Shown: one piece after another, positions 53,170-64,000 of the stretch
Layout of the letters: each line of letters opens with the position of its first letter
Position numbering within the stretch: the first letter of the stretch is position 1
Assembly (NCBI RefSeq): GCF_006345805.1
Contig: NC_043023.1
Span: 6,510,001 to 6,574,000, forward strand
Length of the DNA stretch: 64,000 bases
Reading direction: 5' to 3'
Source of the DNA: Octopus sinensis
Taxonomy: Eukaryota
Program-made: the position numbers and the translations under genes
Notes under the pieces: model-generated
What the model was told of the DNA's origin: nothing
Databases searched by the model: none
Seen by the model: only the letters and a program-made list of their open reading frames with translations

Positions 53170-54400
53170 GTGTTATTTGAGGGTGATTTGGCTGCTATTT
53201 TTCGCAGAACGAGTGACCACCTTTGTTATTGCTGCTTTAGCTGTTGGCCGAATTACTGGTAGTGTCCGTCGTGTTGTTATTGTTGTTGTTGTTGTTGCTG
53301 GTGGTGGTGGTGTTTAGCTCTCGGTCGGCGCCGATCCAGCTGACCTATGATTTAAAACGCAATCTGGTCTTGGATCAAACCTATGGCTAAAAAGGCACTT
53401 TGCATTATTCAATGTTGACCTTCATTAATTTTAATCGATATGGTATAATATGAAAGAGGTTTAGCTGCTGTTTCTAGCCAACCGAATGACCGGGTATGGA
53501 TACATCGCCTGCGCTGGTTCAAATATCAAACTTCTTTTGAAAATGTGATGTAACCATCACGTTTTAAAACAGTTGGGTGTTATATATGGGGGATTTGGCA
53601 GCTATTTCTACCGGTCAACTAACCAGAAAAATGTTGACTCAAATGTTTTGAATTGAAAAGTGAAAATGTAAGGTGTCCTTCACTTTTTAAGTCGGTATGG
53701 TGTGATTTGTATGAGATTTGACTGCTATTTCCAGCGGCCAAGTGGCCGGGTAAAGACGTTCTCGCAGGCGCAAATATTTTTGAGTTATTGAAATTTGGAA
53801 ACGCAATGTTTCTTCACTTTATAAGATGATATAGTGTAATTTAAGAGAGATTCAGCTGCTATTTCCAGTGATTTAGCAACCAGGTTGTGACTCATTGGCA
53901 CAAATATTACAAACTTTTTGAACTGTGAAAATGTACTGTCCTTCACTTTCAAAGTGATTTGTATGAGATGTGGCTGCTATTTTCAGCAGCCAGGCAACCA
54001 GAGAGAGATTCTCGCCAACTCAATTTTAAATTTCCTGAAATTTGAAAACGTAATGTCTTTCCTTTTTAAGACGGTAGGGTGTGACTTGAGGGAGATTTGG
54101 TTGCTATATCTAGCAGTTAGGCGTTTGAATAGAGAAGCTCTCGATGGTACAAATACATAAAAATTCTTGAAAAGGGAAAATGTAATATGTCCTTCCTTTT
54201 TTAAATCGGTTAGGAGTGATTTGTGGGAGATTTGGCAGCTATTTCCAGCAGTCAAGCGATTGGACGGAAAAGCTCTCGATGGTTCAAATATTAAAATTTT
54301 TTTTTGGAAAGTGAAAATGTAATGTCCTTCATTTTTTAAAACAATAAGGTATGATTTGTAGGAGATTTGGTTGCTACATCTTGCAGCCAAAGCAACGAGA

Positions 54401-54440
<40 letters not shown>

Positions 54441-54447
54441 TAGAGAA

Positions 54448-54498
<51 letters not shown>

Positions 54499-54650
54499 AA
54501 GGGAGAGAGAGAGAAAGGGAGAGAGAGAGAGAGAGAGAAACTCACGTTGGCTCAAATATTTTAAAATTGTTGAAATTTGAACATGTAATATATCCTTCCC
54601 CCTTTTAAACGATAAAATGTAATTTGAGGGAGATTTAGCTGCTGTTTCTT
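53170..54650. repeat. Old degenerate ~125-135-bp tandem array with core GAGATTTGGCTGCTATTTC
   Basis: Core recurs near 53185, 53460, 53592, 53714, 53848, 53965, 54092, 54227, 54362, 54630. Confidence 0.8.
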
Positions 54651-55349
54651 GACGTTTCTTTCGTCAGTGGATTGCCGGTTGTATTGTTGTTGATGTTGGT
54701 ATTGTTGTTGTCATTCCAATGGACAAAAATATCCGTATGTGGTCGCAAAACTGACCACTTGTAACGACTACAAAATGTCGTCTGCCTGACCAATTACTCA
54801 TTTCTCGGTACCGCCACCTATCGGTGTTATTGCAACTGCTGCTGCTGTTGTTGTAATTACTGTTGCTGCTTTTGCTGCTGCTGCCCACGATGTCAAGGGC
54901 GCCGACCGATTTTCGGTTATTGACATAAGTCTGGAATCTTGCTTTCAATGGCGTCGACGACGCAAACGCCATTTTCAGAACCTGTTATTGCAAATCGTGT
55001 CGATGTCTCTGCTGTTATTGTTGTGATTGCTGCTGTCCATGGTCACAGCAGCATTTCTCAACCGGGACCCATACGGCCCTTTGGCGGACCATATAAGATT
55101 TTGTTGTTAAAATTTATGCGCAATAGATTGGGTGTACTTCTACAGTACACAAGATATTAAATTTTATTTTTGTATACACAGGTGCAGGTGTGGCTTCGTG
55201 GTAAGAAGCTTGCCTCCTAACCAAGTAGTATCGAGTTCAATCCCACAGCGTGGCACCTTGGGAAAGTGTGTTCTACTATAGCTTTGGGCCGACCAAAACC
55301 TTGTGAATGGATTTAGTAGATGGAAACTGAAAGAAGCCCGTCATATACA

Positions 55350-55479
<130 letters not shown>

Positions 55480-56261
55480 AATGTAATATGTGACAATTAT
55501 TCGTTAGCCATGATAAACCTCCGAGTTTCGGATGTCGAGGTGGAAATCCACGCCGCCATCTCTTCAGTTATGAGGCCATCGGAAAAATGCTATGAAGAAT
55601 GACCGTTATACAAAGGGAAATTACTGTGTGATTGACCGTTATTAAGACAAAAGAGCTATTCGAATGACAGCTAAGTAAGGGGGTAAAAAGTTCATAGTAT
55701 TCGCGTAAGCGCGCCTGTTCATACCCACGCATGTGCGCCCGCAGGGTTAAGGCTAACAATACAGAAAAAAAGCATAAGGAAGTATACAAAGAGTAAACCA
55801 CGTCTATATACGCACATACCCGTATGCACGCACACACACACGCCTATATATGCACATACCCGCACACGTCTATATACGCGCACACGTCTATATACGCGCA
55901 CACACACGCACGCACAAAAAGGATTATACATACGTCTAACACAAGAAAAAACATGGCTAAGGGCAAAAATATAGGAAAATGTGTAAAAACACTGAGTAAA
56001 ATACATCTATATACTCATGTACTCGCATGCACGCACACACATACACATCTATATACACACATATCCGCACACATGCACACATCTATATACACACATATCC
56101 GCACACATGCACACATCTATATACACACATATCCGCACACACGCACACATCCACACGCGCACACAAAAGATTCCATATACTCGTCTATATACGCATAGGG
56201 AAAAATGCAGGGTGGAAGGTAGAATACAGAAAAAATAATGTGTAAAAAAATATATGAGCAA

Positions 56262-56685
56262 TAGGCGCAGAAGTGGCTGTGTGGTAAGTAGCTTGCTTAC
56301 CAACCACATGGTTCCGGGTTCAGTCCCACTGCGTGGCACCTTGGGCAAGTGTCTTCTACTATAGCCTCGGGCCGGCCAAAGCCTTGTGAGTGTATTTGGT
56401 AGACGGAAACTGAAAGAAGCCCATCGTATATATGCATATATGTATATATATATATATGTGTGCGTGTATGTTTGTGTGTCTGTGTTTGTCCTTCTAGCAT
56501 TGCTTGACAACCGATGCTGGTGTGTTTATGTCCCCGTCACCTAGCGGTTCGGCAAAAGAGACTGATAGAATAAGTACTGGGCTTACAAAGAATAAGTCCC
56601 GGGGTCGATTTGCTCGACTAAAGGCGGTGCTCCTGCATGGCCGCAGTCAACTGACTGAAACAAGTAAAAGAGTAAAAGAGAGAGA
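56262..56685 (+). mobile_element. Full-length SINE A (partial copy at 55180-55345; copy at 60930-61340)
   Basis: Homologous to other family A copies. Confidence 0.85.
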
Positions 56686-56754
56686 ATAAACCTATAAAAC
56701 AATATCTCTATAAATATGTAAGAAATATATGTATAAAAAGTATATATAATGACA

Positions 56755-57055
56755 GGTGCTTAATTTATCGACCCCGAAAGGATTTTGCCTGGCGTGCTAA
56801 CGATTCTGCCAGCTCGCCGCCTTCAAAAGTAATAATAATAATGGCTTAAAATTTTGCCTCAAGGCAGCAATTTTGATGGAAAGGGTTAGTTGATTACATC
56901 GACGCCAGTGCATAACTGGTACGCATTCCATCAACCCTGAAATGATGAAAGGCAAAGTCGACTTTGGCGGAATTAGAACGCCGTACGTAAAGACGGACGA
57001 AATGCCGCTAAGCATTTTGCCTGGCGTGCTAACGATTCTGCCAGCTCGCCATTTT
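56755..57055 (-). mobile_element. SINE D fragments
   Basis: GCTAACGATTCTGCCAGCTCGCC head twice and the GATGAAAGGCAAAGTCGAC core. Confidence 0.75.
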
Positions 57056-57061
57056 CAAAAC

Positions 57062-57103
<42 letters not shown>

Positions 57104-57199
57104 CAACAACAACAACAACAATAATAATAATAATAATAATAATAGACTGAGGGAGAAAGTGTGTCGATTTTCTGGGTCTTCCCCGTACATACCGACAAA

Positions 57200-57695
57200 A
57201 CTATAAAAGCTATTAAACTTGATATTATTATAAAAGATCAGACAAAAAAAAAAGGTGTGTTTATTAATTGACATGAGTATTCCCTGTGATCACAATATAG
57301 CGGCGAAAGAATTTGACAAGATCAGTAAATATAAAAACTTGCTAATAGAAATTTTTTAAATGTGCAATCTCAAGGCGACTACAGAACCAGTGATTGTAGG
57401 ATCTCTAGGAATGATAAAAAAAAGGGTACTGAAACCTATTTGAAAATGATACCCTACAGGAAGTGAAAAAAACCGTGTTAACTGGAACGGCTCATGTACT
57501 GAGAAGTGCATTATCGCTGTGAAAACAACATCTATTCATGAATTTATTTATTTATTAATTTTTTAAATCCATATTTTACCTGTGAATTTGCGTGTGTAAT
57601 CTGGGAATGCATGCAATGAGCTTCTCTGCCCTAGGTGTACGGAAAACACCCGGCGAGAAACGGAAGAAAATTTGAAGAAAGAAGGAAAAAAGTAG
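57200..57695 (+). mobile_element. Dong/R4-clade 3' fragment next to (TAA)n
   Basis: CLLIDMSIPCDHNIAAKEFDKISKYKNLLIEI..LKATTEPVIVGSLGMI..VLTGTAHVLRSALSL*. Confidence 0.75.
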
Positions 57696-58071
57696 TAATC
57701 ATTCTTCCCGAGTCATATAGACTCACAGAGTCAGTTTCTCCGTCTCCATGGCGCAGATATCCCCCTACCCCCACCCCCACCCGTGGACGGGATATTGGGG
57801 TGTCACAAGATTACTCATTTTTGCCAGCTGATTGGACTGGAGCAATGTGAAAAGAATTGTTTTTGCTGAAAAACACAGCGCTTGGCCCGGAGCAGGAATT
57901 GAACCCAGATTCTTACGACCTTGAGCGCAACGCGCTAACCACTAAGCCACGCGCCTCCACACTATAATTAACAGTTATAGGTAAAATTTAGTATGTTAAT
58001 TGTTACCTCACCACCCCTACCCCTAGAGCCTTCGACATACCCAGCGCCCCCTTTGGGGCGATACCACCTAC

Positions 58072-58239
58072 CTTGAGAACTTCTGGCGTAGAAGCTCCCT
58101 TGTTAAGATACTGGTAGCGTGACGTGTTGGAGTGGAGGAGTGGATTGGCGGCGTGGTTCAGCGGATTGACAATTTCGGATAATTGATACCCTGCGCTGTG
58201 AGAAATGACTGAACAGAGGATATTTTCGTCAATGGAAGT
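58072..58239 (-). other. Candidate upstream exon of the large gene (acceptor uncertain)
   Basis: Strong donor CTCAAG|gtaggt at 58072; frame open in phase 0 (...EIVNPLNHAANPLLHSNTSRYQYLNKGASTPEVLK), compatible with the acceptor at 52641. Confidence 0.4.
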
Positions 58240-58464
58240 CTACTTCCCGTCGAATAAATTCCTGTTTCTATGTTTAACGCTGTTGTTGTTGTTGTTATTG
58301 TTGTTGTTGTTGTTGTTGTTGTGGTGGTGGTGGTGGTTGGTGACGATGGTTTTGAAGGTGGAAACGATGTTGGTGTAATGTATGTGTGTATATATATATC
58401 CACGTATACACATTGTATATACACACAGACACATTGTGTGTGCGTATATATATATATATATATA

Positions 58465-58637
58465 TTTCTTTACTACCCACAAGGGGCTAAACACAGAGAG
58501 GACAAACAAGGACAGACAAACGGATTAAGTCGATTACATCGACCCCAGTGCGCAACTAGTACTTAATTTATCGACCCCGAAAGGATGAAAGGCAAAGTCG
58601 ACCTCGGCGGAATTTGAACTCAGAACGTAACGGCAGA

Positions 58638-58640
<3 letters not shown>
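58465..58640 (-). mobile_element. SINE D body, single copy
   Basis: Nearly identical to the first unit of the 42931 array. Confidence 0.85.
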
Positions 58641-58699
<59 letters not shown>

Positions 58700-58703
<4 letters not shown>

Positions 58704-58905
58704 AGAATTTACAAAAAAAAAACAGCAAAAGACGAAGACAGGTGGTGTAGAAAACAAACAGATGTATTAGTATAACGTTCGGGAATTGAGAAAGTCTTTA
58801 ACGTTTCGAGCCTACGCTCTTCCACAGAAAAGAACACAGAAAGAAACAAGGAGAGAAAATAATGTGTAGTGGCCACCGATCTATCATGATACATACATAC
58901 ATACA

Positions 58906-58938
<33 letters not shown>

Positions 58939-59560
58939 CAAAATTTTTATTGATTTGCTTTTCGCAGGAAAGAAAGTTTCTTGTCGAAGATACGTCTCGC
59001 TTTCACCTTTCTCCTCTCTAATTCTTTGATTTTATCTAATCTGAATAAACTTGCTCTATCAAAACTATATATATTGTTAACCATTAAAACACATGATTTT
59101 ATCTATTTTAATCATTGTCTGTCTGTCTCTGTCTGTCTCTGTCTGTTTGTCTCTCTCTAATTATTGTTGCATTTATATATTAACTGCTGAATGACCTATA
59201 TAAAATTCAGGGAGAATACTTGATAACTGTAAGCACCTGTATATGCCAGTTAGTGGTGTAGGTGATAGGGTATATTTATCGAAAGAAAAACAGGATGCAA
59301 AGGATTTAGCGGTACATATGTTTCTGGCTTTATTAGACAGTTTATATCAATGCATAATTGATGTAATATGTATATCAATAGCCTTCTTCAGCCGCCCACA
59401 ATTACCGCACCAAAGACATATATTACATTATAAGTTTGGGAAAAAGACAAGTTTCGTTGGGGATGCAAATCCTCATAGTTGTATACAGCAGTGCGAGACA
59501 CCAAAACAAAAACAAAGCATCCATACCGTTTTTCACTCGATATAGAATGAGGAGGCTGGA
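58700..59560 (-). mobile_element. Degenerate Penelope-like element: GIY-YIG remnant followed by hammerhead-variant terminus
   Basis: 59175-59330 (-) reads ...PTPLTGIYRCLQLSSILPEFYIGHSAVNI*; 58700-58890 is the 845-1052 family with CTGTGGAAGAGCGTAGGCTCGAAAC. Confidence 0.6.
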
Positions 59561-60855
59561 TGTTGAGATAGAGAGGGAAGGGGTTGGAGGGGGTGAATCT
59601 TTAATGAGTTTGGGATCACAAAGAGGGAAAATAGTAAGTGCAAAATGTAATAAAAGAGTAAAAAAATATAAAAAGAGGTAAGAGTAAAAAAAAAAGTATG
59701 TAAGTATATAAAGATACAAAGGATGTCGTATATTTGGTCTAAATTTCTAGAGCTATACTGTGTCAGTGTAGACGTGAAAAAACATGGAAATATAAATAAA
59801 GAAAGATAAAGAAGCGAAAAAATAAAAATAAAAATAAAAAATAAAATATAAAGGGATAAAGAATATAAAGGGGTAAAGAATTAAAATGGTGGACATAGAG
59901 ATAAAGTAAGGTACAGAAAAAATATATGCCGGTTAGTGAAGCTTTAGGATGTATTGGTGGGTATATATATACATACACACACGTAAATATCGAACAATGA
60001 AAATGTCTGGTGCCTTCATTGCAATCTTCAGACTCTGTCCACATGGCATATATATGCATATACATGTATATGTCATGTGGGCACAGGCTGAGGATTGCAT
60101 GGAGACACGAAGACGTCTATAAAATGCAGTCTGTGTCGTTTTGGTAACATGAAACTATTAGTACCTCAGAAAAATATGTGTTGATTAAATAATATTTATC
60201 TCTCATCAAATGGAGTACATATTTTGTTGATCCTCAGAATTTCACGTTCCCGTTCGTCGGACAGTTACAAAGAAAACTGAATAAAAATTGTGACTACACA
60301 TGTCATATAGTCTGATATAATGTAACTCAAATGCTCGAACAAGCATTTAAATTTGATTGGACCATTGATTTTCAAAACTTAACAGTATAACATTCGTTAC
60401 AAACTGGGAGTTTGCTTTCTCTTTTATGCGGTGAGGTGAAAATAATCATTAATTCATTTAATGTACAAATCATAACGTAACGATAAATTTTGAATTAACG
60501 CGTTCTTGCGTGCATATGAGTATAAGATATTTTATGTGCAAATATATTTAAGAGCAAATTATATATGTATCAACCACACAATGCATTTATGTATACACTT
60601 TTCCAATCTATGAAAAAATCTATCAATATTGACTTAATTAGGTGTCTGCTTATTACGTATTATCAATACAGTCATTAATTAATTTATCTCTATGTTTAAA
60701 TATATATTACGTAAAGAGGTGCGGGCATGTTGTGTAGTTAAGAAGCTCGCTTCGCAGCCACGCGGTTTCGAGTTCAGTTCCACTACCTGGCACAACGGGA
60801 CGACTAAAGAATTGGGAATGAATTTGGTGTGTGGAAAACTCGTTGTGTGTATGTG

Positions 60856-60903
<48 letters not shown>

Positions 60904-61432
60904 GTGGTGTGTGTGTGTGTGTATCAGAGTCGCAGGAGTAGGTGTGTAGTAAGAAGATTGCTTCCCAACCACATGGATCTGGGTTCAGTTCCACTGCATG
61001 GTGCCTTGGGCGAGTGTCCTCGACTATAGCCCCGGGCCGACCAATGATTTGTGAGTGGATTTGGTAGATGGAAACTGAAAGAAATCCGTCGTATATATGT
61101 ATATGTATATATATGTGTGTGTTAGTGTGTCTGTGTTTATCCTCCCCCAATATCGCTTGACAATCGATGCTGGTGTGTTTACGTCCCCGTGGCCTAGCTG
61201 TTCGGCAAAAGAGACCGATAGAATAAGTACTAGGCTTACAAAGAATAAGTCCTGGGGTCGATTTACTCGACTAAAGGCAGTGATCCAGCATGGCCACAGT
61301 CAAATGACTGAAACAAGTAAAAGAGTAAAGAGTAAAAGTGTATATATACATATACATTTATATATATACATATGTATATATATGTATAAGTATATGTATG
61401 TATATGTATATATGTGTATATATATATATAGT

Positions 61433-61474
<42 letters not shown>

Positions 61475-61999
61475 TATATATATGTATATATAGTTATGTA
61501 TATGTGCATGTATATATATGCATGTACGTGTATACACGTGTATTACGTGTAAGTTGTTTGGACCTAAGTCAACCCTGTTACCGTTGTTCTTGTCATTATT
61601 GTTGTTGTTGTTGTTGTTGTATAATGTCCAGACGAAGACCAAAATACATTTGCGTCCAGTGTCACTGGTCATTGGTGACGGCGACGAAGCATGAAACATC
61701 CGGCGCAATGGCTGCCGCCGCCACCGCCACTAACTAACCGTTCTGGTGAAGAGCGGGGAATCGGTTGGGTGGGGGGGGGGAGAGAACCGATGACGAACTC
61801 GTCATCATCGCATTCCCCGACGAACGAAACAGATTGTTTTCGCTCCCTCCGTCCTTAACTCCTTTCTTCTTTCTTTCTTCTTTCTTTCTTTCTCTTTCTT
61901 TCTGCTCTTCTTCTTTCCTCTTTCTTCTTTCGTTCTTTCTTTCTTCCTTTACTTCTTTCTTTCTTTCTTTCTATCTTTCTTCTTTTTTTCTTCTTTCGT

Positions 62000-62099
62000 N
62001 NNNNNNNNNNNNNNNNNNNNNNNNNNNNNNNNNNNNNNNNNNNNNNNNNNNNNNNNNNNNNNNNNNNNNNNNNNNNNNNNNNNNNNNNNNNNNNNNNNN
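62000..62099. other. Assembly gap (100 N)
   Basis: Direct reading. Confidence 1.
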
Positions 62100-62945
62100 C
62101 TACGATCTATATACATATAGGATTATTTTCTTTCCAATGTCCATGGGCAATTTGACATGACACTATGTGCCGTACGGCGCCTTGAAGCAGTGTCGCTGCA
62201 TTACCACTTGAGGCACATGCAATGGCAATTCGACGTTCAGCGCGCAGCTTTGCGAGAATCAAATTGATAACAAAAGTTTTACCAGTACCACCTGGAGCAT
62301 TCAAAAAGAAAAGCTTCCTTGGTTCAATCTAACGCTGTCAATAATTTCAATATAAATCTCTGTTTGTTCAGGCAAAAGTCTTGGTTCATCTCGCGTAATT
62401 GTTCCGTCAATTCGGCAATGTTGTGTTTTTTTCTGACATGTATTCAACATCCAAAGGCGCTTCATGATGGACAGGTGTTGGCAAATGGAATTCACTTAAA
62501 CCGCGTATAACATAGCGTCTGATGTGAGTCCATGTCGATTAATGCCTCATTATAAACATCGTCGGTCACCACCACGTAGCGCTAAATTAGCCTGTATGTC
62601 CTTTGATAGGCTATGTCTGAACGATTCAAGGTTAGAAGGGTTGCTGGGATTACAGTGGATTAATATGCTACAAAACAATCGACGCATTTGCCATGGCAAT
62701 TTACAATTGAGGCCTCTGCTAATGTCCTGTGTAAGTGGTCGTCATTGAGAAGAAGTCCGCGCCTCAAACATGCTTCCCTGTAAGTGGCGCAGATGATACC
62801 ATCAACGTGCGAAGATCAGTAAAAGACTTCGGTCCAGTAACTACATTGACAGCGAGTAGCATTCTCAAAAAGAAGATTTCTTGTTTGGTAGGATGATATT
62901 ATACACACGTCCAATGACGTTCTTCCTAGAAACACCGGGCGCGAA
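62100..62945 (-). mobile_element. Helitron RepHel fragment (PIF1-like helicase), frameshifted
   Basis: IGRVY..HP..QE.FFLRMLL..VTGPKSFTDLR..TYREACLRRGLL and FFLNAPGGTGKTFVINLILAKLR...ACASSGNAATLL (Walker A, motif Ia). Confidence 0.88.
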
Positions 62946-63774
62946 AAAAGAGAGAGCTCGAGAAAGAAAAGGTATATATGAAAGAGAGGACGGGAAAATG
63001 GAAATATTTTGCAATGTAAACATGATTTGTTTTAAGAGAAGACTTGTCATGATTGTGTGTTGGTGGTGGCGATGATAATTATCATTAGGAAAAGAGTGAG
63101 TGAAGTGAGGAGGAAGACATAAGAATACATAAGTTGTGGCGATGATAATTGTAGACCCCTTTTCACATTTTGATGAAGAGAACCCGATTTCATTCGGGTG
63201 TACTGGGGCCACATATATGTGTGTGTGTGTGTGTGTGTGCACGCTGTAGAAATTAAAATTAGAGATAAAACCACTAATAGGGAAATGAAACAGTAAAAAA
63301 CCAAAAAACAAACATAAAAATAAAAAATATAATATTAGATATATGTATATGTGTGTGTGTGTGTGTGTTGCAGGTAGACAATAGAATGCGATGGCGATGG
63401 CGATGGCGATGTAATATTTGCTTCTGTCTATGAACGCTAATAGAGACATGAGTAAAATGTATGGGAGCTAAGAGATAAGAGTGAGTGAAAATGTTCTTGG
63501 ATGGATAGAGGAAATAGCGAGAGAGTGATTTGAGGAAGACTTTACATAAAATAACCGTAGTGGACTTGTGAAATGAAGAGAAGTGAGAGGTAGGGACTGA
63601 GGAAATAGGGTGAGTGAGGAAGATGGCCCCTAGCAACAACCTTTTTTAAGATAGGGATTTCTAAGGTAGCCCACGAGCATCGTCACCTCATTCTACATGT
63701 CCCTGTAAATTTTGGAGCGAATCGGACGGGATGTAGTGGCATTGAAAGCGATCCAAGCGGTAAAAAACGCTTCA

Positions 63775-63846
<72 letters not shown>

Positions 63847-64000
63847 GAGAAAAAAGTGTACGTACGCCGCTATATATATAATACAAAAGGAGACAACAAA
63901 ACATCCAGATAGACGATACAAAAAAAACACGGCCTTTTATCTTCAGTCAAGAACCGGATCATCCTCGCAATTTCGGCTGATTAATCTTGAGTTTGCTCCA

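Overview
AT-rich, microsatellite-saturated eukaryotic DNA with a 100-N assembly gap at 62000-62099. The tRNA-derived SINEs and the Penelope, Dong/R4, mariner and Helitron remnants point to an octopus genome (inference from repeat content). One protein-coding gene can be assembled by hand on the minus strand from phase-compatible GT-AG exons: a ~6.2-kb giant exon (52641/52617-46464), then 34326-34181, 32092-31799, 30529-30446 and 24962-24768. It encodes a ~2290-aa acidic, low-complexity protein with two acidic dileucine motifs and a C-terminal CC-TII (palmitoyl + CaaX) tail; I do not recognise the gene. The most notable structure is a 110-bp inverted copy of coding exon 32092-31799 in an upstream intron (34393-34502). 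In pre-mRNA it would form a duplex with a single A:C mismatch at an Asn codon, making it a candidate ADAR editing-complementary sequence. The window also holds about ten type I hammerhead ribozyme motifs and five non-canonical variants in Penelope-derived termini, including a 489-bp tandem retrozyme-like unit. Other features are a 3.4-kb degenerate 18-bp repeat and a 9x190-bp array amplified from one SINE. Nearly all other ORFs in the track are microsatellite artefacts.
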